Shown piece after piece: positions 8,181 to 15,820 of a stretch of DNA of 64,000 bases (positions within the stretch are counted from its first letter, which is position 1; every line of letters begins with the position of its first letter). The translations under genes were made by a program, and so were the position numbers. Source of the stretch: Candidatus Roizmanbacteria bacterium (GTDB taxonomy: Bacteria > Patescibacteriota > Microgenomatia > UBA1406); the NCBI GenBank assembly GCA_024654535.1, contig JANLHL010000042.1, positions 13,312 through 77,311 of the forward strand. The letters run 5' to 3'. The notes beneath the pieces are model-generated. The model was not told the origin of the DNA and did no database searches. It saw only the letters and a program-made list of their open reading frames with translations.

Positions 8181-9113
8181 ACATTATTTTTACCATTCTA
8201 TTTCCCTGTTATGGCCCAGCAGATAAGTCTTTCTGTAAACCCACCGCAAGTGCAGATAATAACAAAACCGGACAAAAGCCTTACACAAGGATTCACGTTC
8301 GTGAATGATGGAGATGAAGGAATTTTTAGCATTCGGGTTGTGTCCTTCGAACCAACGATAAATGGAGGAAGAATAATGAAAGATAAAGCTGAGGGTCCAA
8401 TACGCTTTTCATTGGCAAATCCCACGATTCATATGGATGAGCCGTTTGCATTGAGTTCAAAAGAGCAAATACAAGCACTTCTTTCAGTGAGAGTCACTCC
8501 AGGAGCGCCAGAGGGTGATTATTACTATTCAATCATGCTTATTTCTCAGGCACCCGTTTCTCAGAGGACTTCGGCTCGTGGCGTTGGTGTCATTACAGCG
8601 AACATACTCATTACTGTTACTCATGATGGCTTTTTAGATAATCAGATTAAAGTAGCTCAATTTCAAGTGGTTCCAGATTATCAGATCAATCTTTTTGGAA
8701 CAACATACACTATTCTTACTCAATCACAGACAATTCCAGTCATATTCAGTGTTGCTAATATAGGTAAAAACCTGTTTTCGCCAACGGTTAAAGTGACACT
8801 TCAAGGACCGTTTGGTTTGGAGCGTAATGTTGAAATGATTCCAGTATTTTTATTGGCTCACACGCAGCGGCAACTTTTTGCAGAAAATGTAAATTGTCAG
8901 AATTGTACAAATAACCCAAGCGTTGTATTGAGAGGGAGTGGGTGGGGGAAGTATGTGGCAATAGCCGAAATAAATATTGAGGGAAGTGATAAAAAGTTGT
9001 ACGCGCAAACACAGTTTTGGGTCCTGCCAGTCTCGCTCATTATGTATGTTGCCATAGCGATTGGTACCGGAATGGTTATTCTCCTCATATTGAAGTTTAC
9101 AAAGCGCCATTAA
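8103..9113 (+). CDS. DUF916/DUF3324-like cell-surface protein (signal peptide, two beta-rich domains, C-terminal TM anchor with basic tail)
   Basis: Architecture: signal peptide ...FVIWILSFVVTLFLPFYFPVMA|QQ, N-domain ISLSVNPPQVQIITKPDKSL..FVNDGDEG, C-terminal TM VSLIMYVAIAIGTGMVILLILKFTKRH. ATG at 8103 is preferred over 8022, because 8022-8102 is repeat and GC hairpin. Confidence 0.65.
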   Translation: MSKVGNKNLSLIFCHSFVIWILSFVVTLFLPFYFPVMAQQISLSVNPPQVQIITKPDKSLTQGFTFVNDGDEGIFSIRVVSFEPTINGGRIMKDKAEGPIRFSLANPTIHMDEPFALSSKEQIQALLSVRVTPGAPEGDYYYSIMLISQAPVSQRTSARGVGVITANILITVTHDGFLDNQIKVAQFQVVPDYQINLFGTTYTILTQSQTIPVIFSVANIGKNLFSPTVKVTLQGPFGLERNVEMIPVFLLAHTQRQLFAENVNCQNCTNNPSVVLRGSGWGKYVAIAEINIEGSDKKLYAQTQFWVLPVSLIMYVAIAIGTGMVILLILKFTKRH

Positions 9114-9120
9114 TATGCGC

Positions 9121-9149
9121 TTGCATAATTTTAGATGGTACGTTATACT
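9121..9149 (+). promoter_or_regulatory. Sigma70-type promoter of the RRM gene (TTGCAT-17-TATACT)
   Basis: TTGCAT at 9121-9126, 17-nt spacer, TATACT at 9144-9149. The ~100-nt leader ends in SD-like AAAGGGGA before TTG 9253. It shares GCTTGCATAAT with the rplJ promoter. Confidence 0.45.
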
Positions 9150-9252
9150 TGTTTCTGTTTATAAATAACCTCAATTAAAGCCGAGAGGCAAACTTCAGAG
9201 AACTTTACTCGATATTATGCATTCATCTGTTTTTGAAAGGGGATGACTCACA

Positions 9253-9549
9253 TTGGATACAAATAATAATAGACTTTTTATTGGTAACGTTCCTTTTGGA
9301 GCTACCGAAGAAGATATAAAGGCTCATTTTGAAAAAACCCTTGGCGAAGGAAGCGTGCTTGAAGTACGTATAATTCGATACAAAGATACTGGTAAATCAC
9401 GTGGATTTGCTTTTATTACTGTAAAGGACGCCGCAACGGCAAAAATTGCAATTGAAAAATTGCACGAACAACCGTTGGAGACTGGTGACGTTTCTCGTAA
9501 CTTAATAGTAGCGGAAGCAAAACCTAGCCAACCGAGACAAGATCGATAA
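9253..9549 (+). CDS. RNA-binding protein, RRM (RNP-1/RNP-2) domain
   Basis: RNP-2 LFIGNVPF and RNP-1 RGFAFITV. 98 aa with a TTG start. Confidence 0.85.
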   Translation: MDTNNNRLFIGNVPFGATEEDIKAHFEKTLGEGSVLEVRIIRYKDTGKSRGFAFITVKDAATAKIAIEKLHEQPLETGDVSRNLIVAEAKPSQPRQDR

Positions 9550-9574
9550 TAATCGATAGTTGTTAGTAAAAAAA

Positions 9575-9608
9575 CCCGCTCGCCGTAAGGCGTGCGGGTT
9601 TTGTTGTT
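9575..9608 (+). terminator. Rho-independent terminator after RRM gene
   Basis: Stem cccgctcgcc/ggcgtgcggg (1 mismatch), loop gtaa, followed by ttttgttgtt. Confidence 0.7.
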
Positions 9609-9636
9609 ATTGGGTATTGGTTATTGGATATTCCTT

Positions 9637-9645
9637 TGCTATACT
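9637..9645 (+). promoter_or_regulatory. Extended -10 promoter (TGcTATACT), 6 nt before leuS ATG (leaderless)
   Basis: Sequence reads tgc tatact ctcatc ATG(9652). Confidence 0.45.
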
Positions 9646-9651
9646 CTCATC

Positions 9652-12060
9652 ATGAAAGAATACGCTCCAGCTACGATAGAAGAGAAATGGCGTACGCGTT
9701 GGAAAAAAGATCATTTGTATACGGTATCTCATCTAAAAGGCGATAAAAAATATATTTTGGATATGTTTCCTTATCCGTCGGGAGCAGGATTGCACGTAGG
9801 GCACGTAGAAGGCTATACTGGTACAGATGTGCTTTCTCGATTCTATCGTATGCGTGGATTTACAGTGCTCCATCCTATGGGCTGGGATGCCTTTGGATTA
9901 CCAGCAGAAAACTATGCAGTCAAAACAGGCATACATCCGAGTGAGACGACACAAAAGGCAATTGTTACGTTCACAAAACAAATGCAGGCAATGGGTTTTT
10001 CATATGATTGGTCTAAAGAATTAGGGACACATACCCCTGCTTATTACCGTTGGACACAATGGCTCTTTCTGATTTTATATAAGAAAGGGCTGGCATATCG
10101 CGCTAAAGCACAGGTAAATTGGTGTCCGTCATGCAAAACAGTCCTTGCGAATGAACAAGTAGTGAATGGTGAATGTGAACGGTGTCATTCGCTCGTCATT
10201 CAAAAGGATATGGAGCAGTGGTTTTTTCGCATTACAGCGTATGCAGAAAGATTGTTACAGGATCTTGAGAAACTGGATTGGCCAAATAGCACGAAGTTGG
10301 GTCAGATACACTGGATAGGCAAATCAGAGGGAATTACTATTACCTATACGATAGACGGGAGTGACCAGACAATAGAATGTTTTACCACATGGCCGACCAA
10401 CTGGGGGGCTAGTTTTCTTGTCCTTGCTCCAGAACATCATTTGGTGCAGAAAATTACCACTCAGTCTGAAAAAAAAGCAGTCGATGCATATTTAAGCGAA
10501 GTCCAAATGCGTTCAGAATCACAGAGAATAAAATCAAGAGAGAAAACGGGGGTGTTTACCGGTTCATATGCACTGAATCAAGTTACCGGTAAAAAAATTC
10601 CAATTTGGGTAAGCGATTTTGTCATAGCACATGTTGGTACGGGTGCAATTCAGGGGTGTCCGGGTCATGATATGCGCGACTTTGAGTTTGCGAAAAAATT
10701 TAATCTTCCAATACCCCGTGTCGTCGTCGGAGAAGATGGAGATACTTCAGAGATAGAGAGCCCAGAGCAAGTACTTGAAAAAGGACAAACGGGAAAAATG
10801 ATGAATTCAGACTTTTTGGACGGTATGGAATATAGCGCAGGTATTCAAAAAACGAAAGAATATTTTGTAGAAAAGGGTTGGGGAAAGCTCGTTGTGAACT
10901 ACAAACTGCGCGATTGGCTTGTTTCCCGCCAACGGTATTGGGGAGCCCCCATTCCGATGCTCTTTTGTGACAAGTGTGGCTGGCAGTCGGTTGCGGACTC
11001 TGATTTGCCAGTGAAGTTGCCCAATGACGTTGATTTTAAGCCAACTGGCGAATCACCTTTAGTGCATTCTCAAGAATTTAACAAAGGCATTATATGTCCA
11101 CAGTGTGGTGGAAAAGCGCGACGTGAAGCAGATACTATGGACACGTTTGTCGATTCATCGTGGTACTATATGCGTTTTGCTGATCCAAACAATGCAGAAC
11201 ATTTCGCAGACAAAGAAAAATTACGTCAGTGGCTACCGGTTGATATGTATGTTGGCGGCGCTGAGCATACGGTACTTCATTTATTGTATTCACGTTTTAT
11301 AACAAAGGTCTTATATGACGAAGGGTATGTGACATTTGATGAACCTTTTGTATCTTTGCGTCATCCTGGTACCATCCTTGGTCCAGATGGAGTTCGTATG
11401 AGTAAAAGCAGAGGGAATGTCATTAATCCTGACGATGAAGTAAGTAAATTTGGCGCTGATACTGTTCGTATGTACGAGTTGTTTATGGGACCATTCAAAG
11501 ATATGAAGCCGTGGAGTACTTCGGGGGGGCAAGGGTTATATAGATTTTTAAAGAAAGTATGGAATATCTATAGTAATCAAGCATTTGTTAAAAAAAGCCC
11601 CGAGCGTATAGAGAAGCTTTTACATAAGCTTATACAAAAAATGACAAAAGATATTGCTGCATTAAAATTTAACACCGCACTCGCTGCTCTTATGGAATTT
11701 GTCAATAACTCAGCGAATCAATTGGATAAATCAAGCGCACAAATATTTCTCTTGCTTTTAGCACCGTTTGCTCCTTATATTACAGAAGAACTCTGGGAGA
11801 CTATTGGGGGGCCTTATTCTATACACAGTCAAAGTTGGCCACCGTTTGATGAAGAAAAAACAAAAAATAGTACGTCGGTTCTTGCAATACAAATAAATGG
11901 CAAGTTGAGAGCAACGATGCAAGTGGAGAGTACTGTTACAGAAGAAGAAGCTTGTCATAAAGCTCTTTCTATTGAAAAAATACAGAAGTTGGTACAGAAC
12001 ATAAAGACAAGGCTGATATATGTACCTGGTAAAGTAATTAATATTGTTACTGTGGAGTAG
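9652..12060 (+). CDS. leuS: Leucyl-tRNA synthetase
   Basis: Class I motifs PYPSGAGLHVGHVEGYT (HIGH) and VRMSKSRGN (KMSKS), with a CP1 editing insert. The start is moved to MKEYAPATIEEKWR (9652); the 20-codon track extension overlaps the terminator and repeat. Confidence 0.95.
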   Translation: MKEYAPATIEEKWRTRWKKDHLYTVSHLKGDKKYILDMFPYPSGAGLHVGHVEGYTGTDVLSRFYRMRGFTVLHPMGWDAFGLPAENYAVKTGIHPSETTQKAIVTFTKQMQAMGFSYDWSKELGTHTPAYYRWTQWLFLILYKKGLAYRAKAQVNWCPSCKTVLANEQVVNGECERCHSLVIQKDMEQWFFRITAYAERLLQDLEKLDWPNSTKLGQIHWIGKSEGITITYTIDGSDQTIECFTTWPTNWGASFLVLAPEHHLVQKITTQSEKKAVDAYLSEVQMRSESQRIKSREKTGVFTGSYALNQVTGKKIPIWVSDFVIAHVGTGAIQGCPGHDMRDFEFAKKFNLPIPRVVVGEDGDTSEIESPEQVLEKGQTGKMMNSDFLDGMEYSAGIQKTKEYFVEKGWGKLVVNYKLRDWLVSRQRYWGAPIPMLFCDKCGWQSVADSDLPVKLPNDVDFKPTGESPLVHSQEFNKGIICPQCGGKARREADTMDTFVDSSWYYMRFADPNNAEHFADKEKLRQWLPVDMYVGGAEHTVLHLLYSRFITKVLYDEGYVTFDEPFVSLRHPGTILGPDGVRMSKSRGNVINPDDEVSKFGADTVRMYELFMGPFKDMKPWSTSGGQGLYRFLKKVWNIYSNQAFVKKSPERIEKLLHKLIQKMTKDIAALKFNTALAALMEFVNNSANQLDKSSAQIFLLLLAPFAPYITEELWETIGGPYSIHSQSWPPFDEEKTKNSTSVLAIQINGKLRATMQVESTVTEEEACHKALSIEKIQKLVQNIKTRLIYVPGKVINIVTVE

Positions 12061-12254
12061 TGTTAGCACTATTTGATTCTGTCTGCTAGGCTAGCTAAAC
12101 ACATTTTTTGATACATACCTTTCATTGTTTCAAAGCCCTAGAAACGATTTAAGTTTTTTGTTGGCATAGTACGACCGTTGAAAAAGATGTATCAAATACC
12201 CAACATTGAGTATGTCTTTTTTCAATGTACTATTCTAACTTTTTTGTCTGTGCG

Positions 12255-12263
12255 TGGTATACT
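12255..12263 (+). promoter_or_regulatory. Extended -10 promoter (TGgTATACT), 6 nt before ATG 12270 (leaderless)
   Basis: Sequence reads tgg tatact cattgt ATG. Confidence 0.45.
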
Positions 12264-12269
12264 CATTGT

Positions 12270-13529
12270 ATGAAACACGCTATAAATACACTTGCAAATG
12301 GCCTGCGTACAATTACAGTTGATACTGGAGCTTTTCCATCATGCACAGCCTTGCTATTAGTCGGTACTGGTTCCCGCTATGAAAATGAAAAAAATAATGG
12401 TATCGCTCATTTTTTTGAGCATATGGCTTTTAAGGGTAGTAAAAAATATCCTACTTCGATGGATCTTGCTCAGACTGTTGAAGGTTTCGGGGGAGTGTTT
12501 AATGCATTTACAAGCAAGGAGTATACGGGATACTGGATAAAAGGTCCTGTTGGACATGTTAATACAATGCTAGATGTGTTGAGCGACATGATTCAGTCCC
12601 CGACATTGGCATCTGAAGAGATTGAGCGGGAAAAAGGGGTCATTGTAGAAGAGATAAATATGTATGAAGACCAGCCACAGCGTCGAATAGCAGAATTATA
12701 CGAGCAAATGCTTTTTCCAAACAGTTCATTAGGGTACGATATTACCGGTACAAAAGAAACGGTACGTTCGTTTACTCGTAAGACATTTCAAGATTTTCTG
12801 CACGATTACTATGCGGCAAATAATGCAGTGCTCATAGTAGCCGGTGGTATTGGTAAAAATGGATATGAACAAGAGATCAATAACAAATTTGGCAGTTGGA
12901 GGAAAGCGGCTGTATCTACATATCCTTCCTTCAAGACGAAGCAAGAAAAGAATGTGAAAGTATTTTACAAGAAAACCGAACAAGCGCATTGGATATTAGG
13001 TTACCCATCATTTTCAATATTTGATGACAGACGGTACGCACTGAATGTTTTAGCAACGATATTGGGTGGAGGTATGTCTTCACGATTATTTAGTGAACTC
13101 CGAGAGAAAAGGGGACTTTGTTATTACATCTCTTCTGGTACCGATCTATATTTAGATACGGGTACATACTATACGCGAGCAGGTGTGCCAACCGACCCAA
13201 CAAAAGTTATTGATGCGCTAACGATAACCATTGAAGAACAGAAAAAAGTAGCTCTAAATATATCAGAAGATGAACTAAAGAGAGCAAAAGAGTTAATGAA
13301 AGGACATTTTTTACTGTCACTTGAAGACTCATTTGACATGGCATATTTTATGGGCAAGCGTCAACTGTTTGAAAAAGAGATACGCACCCCAGAGGAAATA
13401 CTACAAAAAATAGACGCAGTCACAAAGGTAGGGGTGAGAGAAATGGCAAAGGAAATTTTACGAGAAGAGAAAATGCACATAGCGCTCATAGGGCCGTTTA
13501 AAGATGATGTGCTAAAATCGTTCAGCTAG
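12270..13529 (+). CDS. M16 (pitrilysin/insulinase) family zinc peptidase
   Basis: Inverted zinc motif HFFEHMAFKGS (HxxEH) and a downstream EE. About 420 aa, typical of the M16B two-domain fold. Confidence 0.85.
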   Translation: MKHAINTLANGLRTITVDTGAFPSCTALLLVGTGSRYENEKNNGIAHFFEHMAFKGSKKYPTSMDLAQTVEGFGGVFNAFTSKEYTGYWIKGPVGHVNTMLDVLSDMIQSPTLASEEIEREKGVIVEEINMYEDQPQRRIAELYEQMLFPNSSLGYDITGTKETVRSFTRKTFQDFLHDYYAANNAVLIVAGGIGKNGYEQEINNKFGSWRKAAVSTYPSFKTKQEKNVKVFYKKTEQAHWILGYPSFSIFDDRRYALNVLATILGGGMSSRLFSELREKRGLCYYISSGTDLYLDTGTYYTRAGVPTDPTKVIDALTITIEEQKKVALNISEDELKRAKELMKGHFLLSLEDSFDMAYFMGKRQLFEKEIRTPEEILQKIDAVTKVGVREMAKEILREEKMHIALIGPFKDDVLKSFS

Positions 13530-13543
13530 TCTTTTTGTATTGG

Positions 13544-14212
13544 TTATGAATTTATCCACCTATCATCTACCATCGTTTCGAAACTCTTTTCAATGGGTAT
13601 TCCATTTGCATCAATTAATTTATGAATAAATGAAAGCAGACGTGCTTCATCAATTCCGTACACCAAACCATGTTGCATAAGTGATTTGATTGCTCCTGCA
13701 CACGCTTCTTGAGGATTAAGTACATAGCATCGCGGATCATGATTTGTTAAACCAAATTCAGGACTTTTTCTTGCTACCATTAGTGCAAAATGAGTAGCAA
13801 AGAATTGCTCTGGAGTGTGGGGAACAACTTCGAACATTGGAGCACAAGAAGATAGTGTTACACGCCTATTCTTAGTTTCATTCTCATCTGCTAAATCTAT
13901 TTTTTCTAACGCAATAGCTGTGCCAAAAGTGAAAATATCAACATTTTTACCAATAGCATCAGTTAATCTTACTATGCCGGGCAGTGCACTTTTTGGGCTT
14001 ACTCTATCTGTTGCTGGCGTAATTTTTAATTGTCCTGATTTATATCCATCTGCAGTAACAGGTAAAGTCATTAAATTTGGATCAAAATGATCCCCAGTCG
14101 CTTTATTACTTAAACGTACTTCAAGGCGATGGTATAATCCAGGAGGAAGTTTTGACTCATCTTCTTTAAACATCCAACCTAACTCTCGTGTAGATTCATC
14201 ATTTATTTTCAT
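13544..14212 (-). CDS. Hypothetical protein (222 aa)
   Basis: Clean ORF preceded by SD-like TAAGGAG 11 nt upstream. Lies downstream of the NDT-like/RHH gene on the same strand. No recognised motif. Confidence 0.6.
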   Translation of the reverse strand: MKINDESTRELGWMFKEDESKLPPGLYHRLEVRLSNKATGDHFDPNLMTLPVTADGYKSGQLKITPATDRVSPKSALPGIVRLTDAIGKNVDIFTFGTAIALEKIDLADENETKNRRVTLSSCAPMFEVVPHTPEQFFATHFALMVARKSPEFGLTNHDPRCYVLNPQEACAGAIKSLMQHGLVYGIDEARLLSFIHKLIDANGIPIEKSFETMVDDRWINS

Positions 14213-14294
14213 ATTAAATATAACTCCTTATAACAAATATAGTATTGCAAAAACTGAAGTAACTAGATATGCGTAGCGGATATGTCTTGACAAG

Positions 14295-14849
14295 CTACTT
14301 TTTCATATCTTCTTCTATGAGGTGTCGTAAATACACCGATTTTGGTGTCTTGTTTTTTTTTGCAACCTTGTTTAAGTATAAGCTGATTTCAGGAGTAATA
14401 AAGAACGTAAAGCGACTTTCGGCTTTCGATTTAGCATAGTTAACAAAGTCAGCAATAATTTCAGGTAAAGATTCACGAGTATAGGCCTCGCATATGACTT
14501 CATCTGCTTTGTAGTCTATTAGCAGACTAGGAGCCCCTACGCTAGTATGGTGTAGTAATAATATGGGTTTGTTAAAGTGCAAGGCCATAGATATTTCATA
14601 GCCTACGCTAATACTGGGGAACGACGTATTTGCAACAAATATGTCAGACGTACGAATCCATGCTTCCAATTTCTTATGAAATATTTGGCGTTCTTTACTT
14701 GTTTCAAAACCCATATCCTCGGGTTTAGTTTTAAGAATGTGGTCTGCGGTGACAGTATAGTTGAGTTTTTTTAGTGCTTGTACTATGGCAATATAATCGG
14801 CATAATATAATTTTTTTCCAACAATTGATGCAGTAAAGTAAGCTTTCAT
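14295..14849 (-). CDS. Nucleoside 2-deoxyribosyltransferase-like domain fused to C-terminal ribbon-helix-helix (CopG/Arc-like) domain
   Basis: N-domain MKAYFTASI...DIFVANTSFPSISVGYEISMALHFNKPILLL matches the NDT/Rcl-type pattern, including the conserved Glu. C-terminus RFTFFITPEISLYLNKVAKKNKTPKSVYLRHLIEE has strand-helix-helix order. Paralog at 45924..46493. Confidence 0.6.
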   Translation of the reverse strand: MKAYFTASIVGKKLYYADYIAIVQALKKLNYTVTADHILKTKPEDMGFETSKERQIFHKKLEAWIRTSDIFVANTSFPSISVGYEISMALHFNKPILLLHHTSVGAPSLLIDYKADEVICEAYTRESLPEIIADFVNYAKSKAESRFTFFITPEISLYLNKVAKKNKTPKSVYLRHLIEEDMKK

Positions 14850-14949
14850 GATAGTACTCAGTATACCATGAGTAGAGTTCGCTATTTAGTGGACACAATT
14901 CTCATCTCACCTGTTATACTAAGAATATTATTCAGTTACTATATAAACT

Positions 14950-15528
14950 ATGGAACAAACATTGGTAATACTAAAGCCGGACGCTGTGCAGCGTGGACTC
15001 ATGGGTGAGATCATTAGTCGTTTTGAACGTATCGGATTGAAAATGGTTGCAGCTCGATTTGTTATGGTTACATCTGAGCTAGCAGAGAAGCATTATCCAA
15101 TTGATCGAGAATCTTTTTTGCGTGGAATGGGTGAGAAAACACTCGAAAACTATACAAAAATGGGCGTAGATCCTGTTGATAAGCTTGGAACGGCTGATAC
15201 GCTTGAGATAGGCAAGATGATACGAGAATGGCTTATTCAATATATGCAGGAGAGTCCTGTTTTTGCCTTTGTGCTCGAAGGTCCACACGTAGTGGAATTG
15301 GTAAGAAAAGTGTGTGGTCATACGCTGCCTCTTTTGTCTCCTCCCGGTACTATTCGGGGCGATTTTTGTTTTGATTCTTCATACTTAGCGAATACGGCTA
15401 AGCGTGCCATAAAAAATATGGTACATGCATCTGGATCTGTCGAAGAAGCGCAGTATGAAATTCCGCTGTGGTTTGCAAAAGATCAGATTTTTTCCTACAC
15501 GCGAGTGGAAGAAAAGGTAATGGGATAG
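14950..15528 (+). CDS. ndk: Nucleoside diphosphate kinase (long form with internal insertion)
   Basis: MEQTLVILKPDAVQRGLMGEIISRFE and active-site His in NMVHASGS. 192 aa, roughly 40 aa longer than classical NDKs because of an insert after EKHY. Confidence 0.9.
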   Translation: MEQTLVILKPDAVQRGLMGEIISRFERIGLKMVAARFVMVTSELAEKHYPIDRESFLRGMGEKTLENYTKMGVDPVDKLGTADTLEIGKMIREWLIQYMQESPVFAFVLEGPHVVELVRKVCGHTLPLLSPPGTIRGDFCFDSSYLANTAKRAIKNMVHASGSVEEAQYEIPLWFAKDQIFSYTRVEEKVMG

Positions 15529-15554
15529 AGCCATGCACCCTACAGGGTGCATGT

Positions 15555-15699
15555 AATATCCAATATCCAAGTTCAAATAGCCAAAAAATGTCAAATGACA
15601 AACATCAAATGTTGACTTTTATTTTGAATCTAAATGCCAACATTTTAATGTCTGGCTTTGCTATTGGGAATTGGTCATTTATTTGACATTGGATATTGG
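15555..15699. repeat. Mosaic palindromic intergenic repeat copy
   Basis: aatatccaatatccaagttcaaat...aatgtcaaatgacaaa on the left and ggtcatttatttgacattggatattgg on the right are reverse complements of each other. A 9-bp hairpin (atgcaccct/agggtgcat, 15533-15553) precedes it. Confidence 0.55.
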
Positions 15700-15736
15700 T
15701 TCTTTGATTTCTTCTTGCTGCATATACAGCAAGAAG

Positions 15737-15808
15737 TGTCCTTGCCCAGAATCGAACTGGGATCGGAGGTTTAGGAAACCTCTGTTCTATCCTTTGAACT
15801 ACAAGGAC
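15737..15808 (-). tRNA. tRNA-Arg (anticodon CCT)
   Basis: Manual cloverleaf: acceptor GTCCTTG/CAAGGAC, D arm GTTC-AAAGGATA-GAAC, anticodon arm GAGGT-TTCCTAA-ACCTC, T arm CCCAG-TTCGATT-CTGGG, discriminator A. No encoded CCA. Confidence 0.9.
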
Positions 15809-15820
15809 ATATTCTCTCGT

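Noticed and set aside
9592-9651. N-terminal extensions of track ORFs: leuS 9592, M16 12225, tagA 19126, Zn-ribbon 20879, 8022, tyrS 39305, 57597, 60329, rpmB 51643, CHAP 47463, M50 51127, PEGA 17887, mreB 17903, PaaX 2980.
   Set aside because: The extensions overlap terminators, repeats, upstream genes or the gene's own -10 box, and are not conserved-looking. Internal ATGs preceded by the TATACT-N6 signature, or giving proper signal peptides or family N-termini, were preferred.
5531-15712. Checked whether the recurring short repeats could be a CRISPR array.
   Set aside because: There is no constant-length direct repeat with regular unique spacers. The copies are dispersed, mosaic and partly palindromic, and no cas genes are present in the window.
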